Of a stretch of DNA of 64,000 nucleotides, positions 18,297 to 29,225 are shown piece after piece. Numbering within the stretch: the stretch's first letter is position 1; each line of letters begins with the position of its first letter. The notes beneath the pieces were generated by a model. That model searched no databases. It was given only the letters and a program-made list of their open reading frames with translations, and was not told where the DNA came from. Both the position numbers and the translations under genes were made by a program. The stretch spans positions 186,001-250,000 of IMG/VR virus record IMGVR_UViG_3300020477_000990; one strand, given 5' to 3'.

Positions 18297-19301
18297 ATGT
18301 CTACAACCAGATCAAAACTAGAACAAGTTCTAGAATATCTAGTAAACAATGAATCTGAAAAAGCTTCAGAGCTTTTGCATGATGTTATTGTTGAGAAAGC
18401 TAGAAAAATTCATGAAGAGTTAATCGATACACAGACTGATGAGATCGAAGAAGATCTTACTACTGAAACAAAAGACGAAGCAGTAGATGAAACTAAAGAC
18501 GAAGCTAAAGACGAAGCTAAAGAAGAAGTAGCTGAAACAGAAGAATCAAAAGATGAAGAAGCTGTTGAAGAAACTACTGACGCTGAAGCTGAAGATAAAG
18601 CTGATGTTGAAGAAACAGTTCTTGGTACAGGTGACTCTGAAGAAGATTTAATTAATGCTGTTAAAGACGAAGCTGACACAAATGCTGAAGAAATTGAGCA
18701 TGAAGAAACTAATGAAGAAGGCGACGATGACGAAGCATCTGATGATGCTGAAGCACCAGCTGACGACAATGGTGACGATGAAGGCGAAGTTGAAGACAGA
18801 GTTGACGACTTAGAAGACGCTTTAGAAGATCTTAAAGCTGAATTTGAAAAACTTATGGGCGACGAAGAAGCAGGTGACGATGCTGAAGCGGCGGCTGATG
18901 ACTTAGAAGGTGATGCAGAAGTTCCTGCAGAAATTCCAGTAATTGGTGCACCTGAAGAATCAGTTGAAGTTGCAGACGAAGTTGCTACTGAAAGCGAAGC
19001 TAAAGAAGATTCAAAAGAAGGCGAAGATTTAGAAGAAGCAACTGAATTATCTAAAGTGGCAGTTAGCCATTCAGATGGTTCTGATAGTACTAAATCACCA
19101 GTTGCGGCAGATGGCGGAGCTAAAAGAATCGACGGAGCAGATCCAGTTGATTTTACAGGCGGTGACGAAAAAGGTGGAAAAGCACCAGCAGTTAAGGACA
19201 ATCCAAATAGTTCTAAACAAGGCGATGCTAAATTGAAACCGGCACCAAAAGCTAAAGCACCAGCGAGTGATAAAAGTAAATCACCAGTTGCATCTAGATA
19301 A
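18297..19301 (+). CDS. Acidic prohead core/scaffold protein (gp67-like)
   Basis: Extremely Asp/Glu-rich; SD GGAG; precedes protease. Confidence 0.65.
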   Translation: MSTTRSKLEQVLEYLVNNESEKASELLHDVIVEKARKIHEELIDTQTDEIEEDLTTETKDEAVDETKDEAKDEAKEEVAETEESKDEEAVEETTDAEAEDKADVEETVLGTGDSEEDLINAVKDEADTNAEEIEHEETNEEGDDDEASDDAEAPADDNGDDEGEVEDRVDDLEDALEDLKAEFEKLMGDEEAGDDAEAAADDLEGDAEVPAEIPVIGAPEESVEVADEVATESEAKEDSKEGEDLEEATELSKVAVSHSDGSDSTKSPVAADGGAKRIDGADPVDFTGGDEKGGKAPAVKDNPNSSKQGDAKLKPAPKAKAPASDKSKSPVASR

Positions 19302-19338
19302 GGTGTAAGGAAGTTAGAAGATTAGGAGATCGTCAAAT

Positions 19339-19968
19339 ATGGTAAAACCGTTACTAGAGAGTTTAACTTTTGACCAAGCCGGAATGCAAGTATTACATGA
19401 AGGCGAAGGTGATAAGAAAAACTTATATATGAAAGGTGTTTTCATCCAAGGCGGAGTGAAAAACCAGAATCAACGTGTTTATCCACTTGAAGAAATTCAA
19501 AAAGCAGTTTCTTCAGTAGATGAAAGATTGAAATCTGGATTTTCAGTTTTGGGAGAAGCCGATCATCCTGAAGAATTAACAGTCAATTTGGATCGTGTGT
19601 CACATATGATAGAAAATATGTGGATGGACGGTCCGAATGGAATTGGTAAACTTAAAATTTTACCAACCCCAATGGGGAATATTGTTAAAACACTTTTGGA
19701 AAGTGGAGCGAAATTAGGTGTAAGCTCAAGAGGAACAGGAAACGTTAATGAGTCAGGCAATGTGTCTGATTTTGAAATTGTTACTGTTGATATTGTAGCT
19801 CAGCCATCGGCTCCAGATGCTTATCCGAAAGCAATATATGAAGGTCTTATGAACATGAGAGGCGGCAGACGAATTTATGGTCTAGGCGCTGAATCCGTAT
19901 ATGATCGTAGGGCTGAACGTTACCTTAAAGAAGAGGTAATGAAATTAATAAAAGAGCTGAAGTTATAG
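19339..19968 (+). CDS. gp21: Prohead protease
   Basis: 'GVFIQGGVKNQNQRVYP', 'GEADHP', 'LGVSSRGTG', 'DIVAQPSAPDAY'. Confidence 0.95.
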   Translation: MVKPLLESLTFDQAGMQVLHEGEGDKKNLYMKGVFIQGGVKNQNQRVYPLEEIQKAVSSVDERLKSGFSVLGEADHPEELTVNLDRVSHMIENMWMDGPNGIGKLKILPTPMGNIVKTLLESGAKLGVSSRGTGNVNESGNVSDFEIVTVDIVAQPSAPDAYPKAIYEGLMNMRGGRRIYGLGAESVYDRRAERYLKEEVMKLIKELKL

Positions 19969-19979
19969 GAGAACGACTC

Positions 19980-21092
19980 ATGGCAGATATTTTTACAGGT
20001 ATTCTTGAAGCAGACGGTATTTCAGAAGAATTGAAAAATCAAATTCAAGAAACGTGGAAAACTAAATTAGATGAAGCCAGAGAAGAAATCACAGCTGAAC
20101 TTCGCGATGAGTTTGCTCAACGTTACGAAAGTGACAAGAGCCAAATTGTTGAAGCAATGGACAAAATGTTAACTGATAGACTTGTTTCAGAAATGGAAGA
20201 GTTTAAAGCTGACAAAGAAGCTTTAGCGACAGAAAGAGTTGCATACAAAACTAATGTTGCAAAACATTTAGGTTTGGTAGACAAATTTGTTGCTGAGCAC
20301 CTTGCTAAAGAAGTGAAGGAATTACACGCTGATAAGACTGATTTGAAAAACAATTTTGCAAAATTGGAAAACTTTGTTGTTAAACAATTAGCAAAAGAGT
20401 TAACTGAGTTTGAAAATGACAAAAAAGCAGTTGTAGAACAAAAAGTTAAATTAGTAGCAGAAGGCAAGAAAATGATTGCTGAAGCTAAAAAACGTTTTGT
20501 TACTAAAGCGGCTGGTGTTGTTGAGAAAGCAGTTGAAAAATCACTAACTAGCGAATTATCACAACTTAAAGATGATATTAAAGTTGCTAAACAAAACAAC
20601 TTTGGTAGAAAAGTATTTGATGCATTCGCAGGCGAGTATATGTCTTCTCATCTAGCCGAAGGTACAGAGGTTAGAAAACTTCAAAAAGAATTAGAAACTG
20701 TTAAAGCAAATACTACTGAAACAGAATCTAAGATTAAAGAAAAAGACGCTGAAATTGAAGCAACTCAGACTAAATTGAGAATTGCTGAAGATAAAAACAT
20801 TCGTGAAAAAACTCTAGTAGAGTTAACAAGTGCTTTATCTAAAGATAAGCGTCGAGTAATGAATGAATTGCTTGAATCTGTACAAACAAGCGATTTAAAA
20901 AAGCAGTTTAACAAATACTTGCCAGCTGTTTTAAATGAATCTGCTCCGGCAGAATCAAATAAAACAATTGTTACTGAATCAGCTGATTCAAGAACAGAGG
21001 TAACTGGTAACAGAGAAACACCTGCTGAGCCTAGCTCAGAAGCTGGTGAAATTGTTGAACTTAAAAAACTAGCAGGTCTAGGAGTTAAGTAA
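19980..21092 (+). CDS. gp22: Prohead scaffolding protein
   Basis: Long coiled coil between protease and capsid; LLES/LNES/VTES cleavage-like sites. Confidence 0.85.
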   Translation: MADIFTGILEADGISEELKNQIQETWKTKLDEAREEITAELRDEFAQRYESDKSQIVEAMDKMLTDRLVSEMEEFKADKEALATERVAYKTNVAKHLGLVDKFVAEHLAKEVKELHADKTDLKNNFAKLENFVVKQLAKELTEFENDKKAVVEQKVKLVAEGKKMIAEAKKRFVTKAAGVVEKAVEKSLTSELSQLKDDIKVAKQNNFGRKVFDAFAGEYMSSHLAEGTEVRKLQKELETVKANTTETESKIKEKDAEIEATQTKLRIAEDKNIREKTLVELTSALSKDKRRVMNELLESVQTSDLKKQFNKYLPAVLNESAPAESNKTIVTESADSRTEVTGNRETPAEPSSEAGEIVELKKLAGLGVK

Positions 21093-21093
21093 A

Positions 21094-22290
21094 ATGACTG
21101 ATAAAGTAATCACAGATCAATGGGCTGATACAAAGAAGGCTTTAACTGAAGGTCTTGAAGGCCAAAGAAAAGCTTCAATGGAAACAGTTCTAGAGAATAC
21201 TAAATCATACTTGGCAGAGGCGGCAACAACAGGTGCTACAGGCGCCGGTAACGTTGCGGCTTTAAACAAAGTTGTATTGCCAATTATTAGACGTGTGATG
21301 CCAACTGTTATTGCGAACGAAATCATTGGTGTGCAACCAATGACTGGTCCAGTTGGACAAATTCACACATTAAGAGTTAGATATGCAGAAACAGCCGCTG
21401 GCGTAACAGCAGGTTCGGAAGCATTATCACCATTCGACATTGCAAGATCTTATTCAGGTTCTGGCACGTCAGACGATGGTAACCAAGGAACAGCAGGAAT
21501 GACTGGTGCAACTACTTCTACTTTAGAGGGTGCGGCAGGTTCTAAGATGTCAATTCAAATCTTAAAACAAACTGTTGAAGCTAAAACAAGAAAACTATCT
21601 GCAAGATGGACATTTGAAGCGGCGCAAGACGCAAGTGCTATGCACGGTTTAGATGTTGAAGCAGAAGTTATGGCGGCTTTAGCTCAAGAAATTACTGCTG
21701 AGATTGACCAAGAAGTTTTAACATCATTAGATAGATTAGCGGCACCAGGTGGTACTGCAGATGCTACTTATGATCAAAACTCTACAACAGGTACAGCAAC
21801 GTTTATTGGGGACAAACACGCGGCTTTGGCTGTTATGATCAATCAACAAGCTAACTTAATTGCACAAAAAACAAGACGTGGCGCGGCTAACTGGGCAGTG
21901 GTATCACCACACGCATTAACAGTTATCCAATCTGCGACAACTTCAGCGTTTGCAAGAACAACTGAAGGTACGTTCGAAGCTCCAACAAATACTAAATTCG
22001 TTGGTACATTAAATGGCGCTATGAGAGTTTATGTTAACTCTTATGCGGCTTCTTCAGCAAGAATCCTTATTGGATACAAAGGTGCTGGTGAAGTTGATGC
22101 GGCGGCTTTCTATTGCCCATACATTCCACTAATGTCTTCAGGCGTTATCGTTGATCCGTCAACTTTTGAACCAGTAGTAAGCTTCATGACAAGATATGGT
22201 TATGTTGAGTTAACAAACACAGCATCATCACTTGGTAATTCAGCTGACTATGTGGCTTCAATTGCGTTATCAAACGTAACATTTATCTAA
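21094..22290 (+). CDS. gp23: Major capsid protein
   Basis: 'IIGVQPMTGPVGQI', 'VEAKTRKLSARWTFEAAQD', 'FYCPYIPL', 'FMTRYG'. Confidence 0.97.
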   Translation: MTDKVITDQWADTKKALTEGLEGQRKASMETVLENTKSYLAEAATTGATGAGNVAALNKVVLPIIRRVMPTVIANEIIGVQPMTGPVGQIHTLRVRYAETAAGVTAGSEALSPFDIARSYSGSGTSDDGNQGTAGMTGATTSTLEGAAGSKMSIQILKQTVEAKTRKLSARWTFEAAQDASAMHGLDVEAEVMAALAQEITAEIDQEVLTSLDRLAAPGGTADATYDQNSTTGTATFIGDKHAALAVMINQQANLIAQKTRRGAANWAVVSPHALTVIQSATTSAFARTTEGTFEAPTNTKFVGTLNGAMRVYVNSYAASSARILIGYKGAGEVDAAAFYCPYIPLMSSGVIVDPSTFEPVVSFMTRYGYVELTNTASSLGNSADYVASIALSNVTFI

Positions 22291-22334
22291 TTTATATTAG
22301 ATACTTGAAGTGCAAATTAATTAATGAATAACTT

Positions 22335-22366
22335 AAACCCCCGGGGCAACTCGGGGGTTTTCTTTT
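22335..22366 (+). terminator. Rho-independent terminator after capsid
   Basis: AAACCCCCGGG-GCAA-CTCGGGGGTTT followed by T-tract. Confidence 0.9.
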
Positions 22367-22436
22367 ATAACAGCATATAATACATATTGGCCAAATCTGC
22401 TAAATAACTATATAGATATAAAAGAGAGATTATATA

Positions 22437-24848
22437 ATGGCTGATCTAACTATTTTAAAAGCAGATGATTTAGTAATTTCTGGTAACCTTACAGTTAAAG
22501 GTACAGAAGAAGTTATTACTACGACACAAACAGATTTACATATTAAAGATAGAATAATTACACTTAATAAAGGTGGTACTTTAGGTGGTAATACAGCAGG
22601 TATTGAAATAGAATCAGGTGGTGGTATTGTAGCTACAATGGGATACACTACAGCATCAGGATTTGATTTTGGTAATAAAAATATAACAACAAGTGGTACT
22701 ATTGCTGGTACTTTTAATATAGCAGTTAATTCAATTAATGATACACACTTAGATTGGGGTACTGGTGCTGATCAAATTAGTACAGCAGATATTCCAGAAA
22801 ATACAAATTTATTTTATACTCAAGCAAGATTTGATGCGGCTTTAACAGCAAAAGATACAGATGCATTATCAGAAGGTTCAACGAATTTATATTATACAGT
22901 TGCAAGAGCAAATTCAGCCATTGATGCTAGAGTATTAACAACGTCAATTAATTCATTACAAGATGTTGATACATCAGGTGTAGCAAGTAATAACACTTTA
23001 AAATGGAATGGTACAACTTGGGTACCAGGTGATCCAGGACACTCAACAACAGATACTTTAAATGAAGGATCAACAAATCTTTATTATACAAATGCAAGAG
23101 CTGATGCACGTATAGCCGCGGCAAGTATTAATGCATTATCAGATGTTAATACAACTGGAGCGGCAGGTGGTAAAGTTTTAATGTGGGATGGTACAAATTA
23201 TGTACCAAATGAAATTGCAGTAGGAGCCGCAAAAGCACAAAAAGGAACGTTAGCATCAAACCTAACTCATACAGCAACGTCAACAAGCGCCGCTGGTGAT
23301 CATGGCACAATTGTTATGTCTGGTCCATTAATAAATTATGTGGCTGGACAAGGAAAATTCTTAGTAAGTGTAGATATGACAATTAGTCAAACACACTCAC
23401 ACTTGGCAGTAAATGGTAGTGGTAATGGTACTGGACACGGAAACAAATATGAATTTAAAGTTCATAAAGTTCAAGGTGGTGCGGCAGTAAATTATGCATC
23501 ACCAATTTATTCATCAACAGTTTCAGGTTGGGAAGAACATATATCTTTACAATTTATTGATGATGGTTCAGTTGTAGGACATGGTTCAGCTCCAGATGGA
23601 GTTACATACCACGTTACAACAAATACAATATCAAATGGAGCAACAGTATATAATACAGCTGGTACAAGTGCGGCGGCATCAACAATAACAATATCAGCAA
23701 TAAATGGTTATGCAGTTGAATTAAATGATAAAGATTTTAATATAGGTGAATTAAAGAATGTCTTAATAACAACACCAGCAGAAGGACACCAATTGTATTA
23801 TGAAAATGCAACGTCAAAATGGAAAAACCATTTACCAACTTTAAGTAAACTTTCTGATGTAGATAGTGCTTTAAATCCTGCAGGTGGACAAATTTTAAAA
23901 TATACAGCAGGTGCAACAAATAAATGGCAACACGCAGACTTTAGTTTAAATGATGTTTCAGATGTTAACACGGCCGGTGTAGCAAATGGATCTATTATAA
24001 AATATAATGGTTCAAATTGGGTAATTGCTTCTGATGTTGATACAACAACAGATGTTGTTGATGATACAACACCACAACTTGGTGGTGATTTAGATGTTAA
24101 TGGTAAACAAATTGTTACAACGGCAAATGGTAATATTGCTTTAACACCAAATGGTTCAGGACAAGTAATTATAACAGGTGACTTAACAGTAACTGGTACA
24201 GCAACAACAATGGATGTTCAAAATATGACTGTTGAAGATTCAGTTATATTAGTTAACAAACATGACTCACAACCAGCAAATAATACTAATGATGCTGGAA
24301 TTATGGTACAACGTGGTTCAAGTGAAAATAATGCGGCTTGGTTCTGGGAAGAAACTACTGATCGTTGGATTGCAACAACTACAACAAGTGCGGCAAATGC
24401 CGTAGATATTACAGTAACAGCAAACGCAGATATACAAGCAGGAACAGTTTACGCAACAGCAACAACGGCTCAATATGCTGACTTGGCTGAGATATATGAA
24501 TCTGATTCAAATTATGAACCAGGAACAGTAGTTGTATTTGGTGGTGAAAAAGAAGTAACACAATCAACACACTTTACAGATCATAGAGTAGCAGGAGTTG
24601 TATCATCTAATCCAGCATATTTAATGAATAAAGATGCTGAAGGTGTTGCAGTAGCATTACGTGGTAAAGTTCCTTGTAAAATTGATGGACCTGTTAAAAA
24701 AGGTGATATTATAGTAACTGGAACACAACCAGGAACAGCAACAGGATTAGCAGAAGATAGTGCTATGCCAAGTGCTGTATGTGTTATTGGTAAATCAATT
24801 GAAGATGACAGCGGAACTAGTGTAAGATTAATTAATATTGTTGTTTAA
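22437..24848 (+). CDS. Virion fibre protein with repeats and C-terminal autocleaving chaperone-like domain
   Basis: 3x 'E.xTNL[YF]YT.AR', several 'L.DV' repeats; C-terminal 'AQYADLAEIY...PGTVVVFGG...VAGVVS.NPAYLMN'. Confidence 0.7.
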   Translation: MADLTILKADDLVISGNLTVKGTEEVITTTQTDLHIKDRIITLNKGGTLGGNTAGIEIESGGGIVATMGYTTASGFDFGNKNITTSGTIAGTFNIAVNSINDTHLDWGTGADQISTADIPENTNLFYTQARFDAALTAKDTDALSEGSTNLYYTVARANSAIDARVLTTSINSLQDVDTSGVASNNTLKWNGTTWVPGDPGHSTTDTLNEGSTNLYYTNARADARIAAASINALSDVNTTGAAGGKVLMWDGTNYVPNEIAVGAAKAQKGTLASNLTHTATSTSAAGDHGTIVMSGPLINYVAGQGKFLVSVDMTISQTHSHLAVNGSGNGTGHGNKYEFKVHKVQGGAAVNYASPIYSSTVSGWEEHISLQFIDDGSVVGHGSAPDGVTYHVTTNTISNGATVYNTAGTSAAASTITISAINGYAVELNDKDFNIGELKNVLITTPAEGHQLYYENATSKWKNHLPTLSKLSDVDSALNPAGGQILKYTAGATNKWQHADFSLNDVSDVNTAGVANGSIIKYNGSNWVIASDVDTTTDVVDDTTPQLGGDLDVNGKQIVTTANGNIALTPNGSGQVIITGDLTVTGTATTMDVQNMTVEDSVILVNKHDSQPANNTNDAGIMVQRGSSENNAAWFWEETTDRWIATTTTSAANAVDITVTANADIQAGTVYATATTAQYADLAEIYESDSNYEPGTVVVFGGEKEVTQSTHFTDHRVAGVVSSNPAYLMNKDAEGVAVALRGKVPCKIDGPVKKGDIIVTGTQPGTATGLAEDSAMPSAVCVIGKSIEDDSGTSVRLINIVV

Positions 24849-25516
24849 AGATAACGATTTTTAATATCGTCTTCAGAACCCCATTTTAAAAATTCTTGAA
24901 AAGTTTTAATCCAAGTAAGCATATCTTGTTCCATTTCTTTACAATGGTAATAACTCATTGGTAATACAAAATATGAATATTTTTCTTTAGCACGTAAATA
25001 TCTTTTTTGTAGCTCTTTTAATTTAAGCATATCATTTTTAATTGCAAATACAATTTCATTAATTTTTTCTACATTATGAAATTCTTTAACAATCCATATA
25101 TGATATTCTTCGGTAGCTTTATACATTGCCATTATTTCTTGGATTTCATATTTAAGAGCACGTATAGGATTAATATTTTTTCTATATTTAATTAGTATAG
25201 ATGGAACTTTCCATTTAGGATCTATAGTTTCTAGTTTTTGTAATAATGCAAAATAACTATCTTCGAGCTCGTATCTGATTTCTAAATTTTTATCACTAGT
25301 CATAGTTTTTACAGCACTTTTCATTTTTTGCAAAGTTTCATAAAAACGTACACGATCGTTGTCAGGATAGGAATCTAAAACATCATCTATATCGCTTTGA
25401 AAATGAAAATGTGGAATTATATTTTCTAATATATAATCAGTCACAGCAAAATCCTTTTCAAATTGTTCAAAAGTATGTGCTATTTTGGCTTGATCGAAAT
25501 TAATAATTCTTGACAA
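24845..25516 (-). CDS. Hypothetical protein
   Basis: TTG start with GGAG SD; 223 aa helical. Confidence 0.6.
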   Translation of the reverse strand: MSRIINFDQAKIAHTFEQFEKDFAVTDYILENIIPHFHFQSDIDDVLDSYPDNDRVRFYETLQKMKSAVKTMTSDKNLEIRYELEDSYFALLQKLETIDPKWKVPSILIKYRKNINPIRALKYEIQEIMAMYKATEEYHIWIVKEFHNVEKINEIVFAIKNDMLKLKELQKRYLRAKEKYSYFVLPMSYYHCKEMEQDMLTWIKTFQEFLKWGSEDDIKNRYL

Positions 25517-25534
25517 TGTTTTTCTCCAGTATTT

Positions 25535-25957
25535 TTAGCTATTGTTATTTACTATTAATTTTAGTTTTTTAACATTGTTTTTATCTAATAATGTTCTTTT
25601 AGCACCACGATGTAAAGGAGCAGGAAAGTGATTAATTTCGCACCAACGGTATCCTTTAGATTCATGATTTATTTTTGGTTTAAACTCAGTAGGTGTAATT
25701 ATAACAAATGTATGATACATAAATTTTTCATCATCACTTAAGAATACATCAAGTGGTTGTATTTTTATAATTTCTGGAACAAATCCCATTTCTTCTTTTA
25801 TTTCACGTCTAAGAGCTTGAATTGGATTTTCTCCAGACTCAAGTTTTCCACCCCAAAAACTCCAAGTTCCAGAATGACTTACTTCTTTTGAACGTAAGTT
25901 AAATATAATTCTTTTTGTGTCTTGTGCTAAAAATGTGGCGCCTACTGCATCATACAT
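25535..25957 (-). CDS. NUDIX hydrolase
   Basis: Nudix box GGKLESGENPIQALRREIKEEMG. Confidence 0.9.
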   Translation of the reverse strand: MYDAVGATFLAQDTKRIIFNLRSKEVSHSGTWSFWGGKLESGENPIQALRREIKEEMGFVPEIIKIQPLDVFLSDDEKFMYHTFVIITPTEFKPKINHESKGYRWCEINHFPAPLHRGAKRTLLDKNNVKKLKLIVNNNS

Positions 25958-25964
25958 AAAATTA

Positions 25965-27335
25965 TCAGCCTGTTAAATTTAATATCCAATAACCTGGTTT
26001 ATATTGACCTTGATATGTGTCAATCCATTCTGCTCCAGTCCATTTATATTGGTAACCTGTTGCTGTATTAGTAACATATTGTACAGTTGATCCATTAACA
26101 CTAACGTCTAAACTTACATTCCAATTAGTTCCATCAAACTCAATTATATCATTTGTTGATGCCTCTACGGAACCCCAGTTAACAGAGCCACTTAAAATAT
26201 CACCTACTAGTAAATATCTTTGTCCTGTAACTTGACCTGCTAATGTACCATCTCCTGGATTATTTTTTATTGGATCGACAATTTTTAAAACAGCCGTTTG
26301 TGTGTTAGTTGGTAATGTTGCTGAATCAACAGTAAACACTAATTGGTTTTCATTTAATGGATTATATGCAATGCTACCAACAATATCTTGTGATGAATCT
26401 TCTATATCTGAACTTCTTCTTAATTTAAGTTTGTCTGTACCACTTTGAAACTCTCCATATTGTTCAAAAAATTCTTTCCATGAATAATTTTCATTTACAC
26501 CGTGTTTATTTAATAAGCTAATTGTATTTCCAGAAACACTAACTTGAGCATCTTGTGGAGTAATAACAATTTCTTCTAATGTATTAAATTGACCAAAGAA
26601 ATCTGACATATTTTTATCATAAACTAAATCATCCATAGTTTCGTCTAAATGAATTCTATTAATAATTTGGTTTATAATAGTTTGCTTTTTAACTTTAGCT
26701 GGTGGATTAATCCAAATAGGTACTTGAAATATTAGTGTTCCAATATCTAATTGTGTGTCAACACCTTGTGGAACTGATCTTGAAGACCATTGTATATCAA
26801 TAAGTTCAACAACTGTAATATTTGTCCAATCTAAAGGGTTTGTGTTTGCTTGTAATTCAACAGTAGGATTAAACAAAGTTAATATTTGTTCCATAATTTG
26901 TAATTTTTGTTCTGTGTTAGAACACCAAATATCAACATTAATTGTTAGGTCGTATGGTACAGGCATATAACGTTCTACTGTATATGTGTTTCCTAATTCT
27001 GCTGTATATTGATCATTTAGAGGATCATATTTTCTTTCTTGAACTTGCTGTGCTGAAATTAATTTTGGATCATGACGTCTTTCACGTGCAACGTTCATGT
27101 TTGCAATATTACAAGTCATAAATGGTGTTGAATTAATTGCGTTCTCAGTATTACCACGTAATACGTGTGCAACTAATCTAGACATATCAGCATAACGCAT
27201 AGGTACAGTTTTATATACTTGTGATGAACTACCACCAGCATTTTTCTGTCCGCTTTGTACTTGAAAGCCATTAAAGATACGTACAAATTGTAGTAAATAT
27301 CTTCTTATTTGTTGATCATACCAAAAAGTTGCCAT
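25965..27335 (-). CDS. gp15: Tail sheath stabiliser/terminator, gp15-like
   Basis: 'FWYDQQIRRYLLQF', 'MPVPYDLT..VDIW..N..Q.LQI.EQIL..FNP'. Confidence 0.8.
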   Translation of the reverse strand: MATFWYDQQIRRYLLQFVRIFNGFQVQSGQKNAGGSSSQVYKTVPMRYADMSRLVAHVLRGNTENAINSTPFMTCNIANMNVARERRHDPKLISAQQVQERKYDPLNDQYTAELGNTYTVERYMPVPYDLTINVDIWCSNTEQKLQIMEQILTLFNPTVELQANTNPLDWTNITVVELIDIQWSSRSVPQGVDTQLDIGTLIFQVPIWINPPAKVKKQTIINQIINRIHLDETMDDLVYDKNMSDFFGQFNTLEEIVITPQDAQVSVSGNTISLLNKHGVNENYSWKEFFEQYGEFQSGTDKLKLRRSSDIEDSSQDIVGSIAYNPLNENQLVFTVDSATLPTNTQTAVLKIVDPIKNNPGDGTLAGQVTGQRYLLVGDILSGSVNWGSVEASTNDIIEFDGTNWNVSLDVSVNGSTVQYVTNTATGYQYKWTGAEWIDTYQGQYKPGYWILNLTG

Positions 27336-27340
27336 ATCAT

Positions 27341-29176
27341 TTAATCCGTTTTAGGCGTAACTGCCTTACTTAATCCTTGTTTCTCTTTACCGTCTGAAGT
27401 ATCTGTGTTTGTATTAGAATTTTCTATAAATGTATTTAATATTCTATTAGCCGCAGAGTAAGTACCTCTAAAGTCATCTTCAATTCTAATATATCTGTTA
27501 CCAGCTTTTTTAAATAATCTATTTGGTGAGTAATCAGTTCTTAGAACATAATCCCCGTCATTTAATGAATTAGGGAAACTTGTACCAGTATGTGCTATTG
27601 CGATACCATTTGGTGGAGTACCATCTCCTGCATGAATACCAACTTTAACTGAAAATCCAAATGCACTATTGGCTGAATCTCTGCTAGAGTGTAAAGCTAC
27701 ATCAACACCAACCCAATTATCAACAGTTGAATCATATTTTTTAAATGAAAGATTTAATCCACCAGTTGTATTAGTTTTTAACCAAATTTTGTTTGCTGTA
27801 TTATTACTTGGGGTTGTTGAATTAATAGCAACGTCAACTCCTAGTAAAGCTAAATTAGTAGCGTCAGTTGAAATTTTAACCCAAGAGCCATTTGTAACTT
27901 TTTTATAATAAGCTGAACCAAAGCTACCATCAATATTAACTACTGCATAATCGTTTGTAGGTGCATATGATGAAATTGGTGCTTTTGTTTGTCCGTCAAT
28001 ATTTGCATCATCAACTATTGAAACTGCTTGACTTGTCCAAGTAGTTCCATTTCCAATATATAACCCCCAATTAGTTGAAGTTGTATCTAACCAATAGTCT
28101 CCATTTTTATAATTTGTAGTTGGTTTAGTTGAGCTAACAAAATAATCAAATGTTTCCCATCTAGAATCAGTTGACTTATATAATTTAAGTGAAGCTTCAT
28201 TAGTTTGCCAATGTGCGTAAATGCTACCAGGTGTATATTGATCTGCTTTATTAATATATAAATGACCAGTTTCAACACCTTTTTTAGGTACATCAGTTTG
28301 TGCTTGGTTTACTATTGCTTCTGAAATGTCAATTTCTGATTGATAAGTTGAAATTAAATTTTTAATATCATCTTTTTGTTCACCAGTACCAAGTATATCT
28401 GTAAATTCTTGACTATCTGTAATTGGAGTACATTTAACTCTCCAAATATGTGGGAACCAAGTTGGTGAATAACCTTCTGATCCTCTAGCGGCATCTTCAA
28501 TAACATAGTAACGGTTCATTGCTTGTGGACCTTCAGGATAAAATGCTGATACTTCACTAGTTGCAGTACTCTTACTACCAGTAACAGTTTCTCCTGCAAT
28601 AAACACACCGTCAGTAACCATTCTTAAAACTTTAGCATCTTGATTAAAGTTTACTACAGTTGCAGTTGCTCCACTTGATGCTCCAGTTATTGTTTCGCCT
28701 TTTCTAAATTTTTTAGCCGCTTTAGTTGTAAATTCTAAACGTGCCATATCAAGCATCATATCTTCACGTTGATGTGGAAGTTCAATTACGTCACCACTCA
28801 TTAACTTTCTACCTAATATGTCTACCATATCATTTAGATGGAAAGTTAAAAAGATTGTATCGTTAGATAAAAATGCACCAAATTGTGTTAAATCAAATTC
28901 AGAATCAGCAACTTGATATACTCCACGTAAATCATATACGTCTGCATCATACTTGCGATCTCTATTTTCTAAAAATAATAAGTCTTGTATATTAGTAGGT
29001 CTAACTACAGAATTATCTGGTTGTGTAGCATCAGTAGTTGATGCTTGGGCATGAGGACCAAGGTACTTATGTACAAAAACTCCAGTACCACCCATATTAA
29101 AATGCTCCCGTATAACACGGTCTATCATTTTATAATCATTACCTTTTTCTGGTTTCCACAAACTGATTCTTGGCAT
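27341..29176 (-). CDS. gp14: Neck protein gp14-like with inserted domains
   Basis: 'DSEFDLTQFG.FL..D', 'GDVIELPH', 'PH.WRVKC.P'; insertions at aa ~145-213 and ~310-520. Confidence 0.7.
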   Translation of the reverse strand: MPRISLWKPEKGNDYKMIDRVIREHFNMGGTGVFVHKYLGPHAQASTTDATQPDNSVVRPTNIQDLLFLENRDRKYDADVYDLRGVYQVADSEFDLTQFGAFLSNDTIFLTFHLNDMVDILGRKLMSGDVIELPHQREDMMLDMARLEFTTKAAKKFRKGETITGASSGATATVVNFNQDAKVLRMVTDGVFIAGETVTGSKSTATSEVSAFYPEGPQAMNRYYVIEDAARGSEGYSPTWFPHIWRVKCTPITDSQEFTDILGTGEQKDDIKNLISTYQSEIDISEAIVNQAQTDVPKKGVETGHLYINKADQYTPGSIYAHWQTNEASLKLYKSTDSRWETFDYFVSSTKPTTNYKNGDYWLDTTSTNWGLYIGNGTTWTSQAVSIVDDANIDGQTKAPISSYAPTNDYAVVNIDGSFGSAYYKKVTNGSWVKISTDATNLALLGVDVAINSTTPSNNTANKIWLKTNTTGGLNLSFKKYDSTVDNWVGVDVALHSSRDSANSAFGFSVKVGIHAGDGTPPNGIAIAHTGTSFPNSLNDGDYVLRTDYSPNRLFKKAGNRYIRIEDDFRGTYSAANRILNTFIENSNTNTDTSDGKEKQGLSKAVTPKTD

Positions 29177-29225
29177 ATTAATATCCTTTTACATTAGTAT
29201 TTATTTGATTGAAATCTATTAGTGA

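Noticed and set aside
18470-18530. AAAGACGAAGCT short tandem repeats
   Set aside because: Ordinary coding low-complexity (KDEA repeats) within the acidic core protein.
18410-19201. 263-aa Ser-rich antisense ORF
   Set aside because: Shadow of the GAA/GAC-rich acidic core gene; no promoter or SD.
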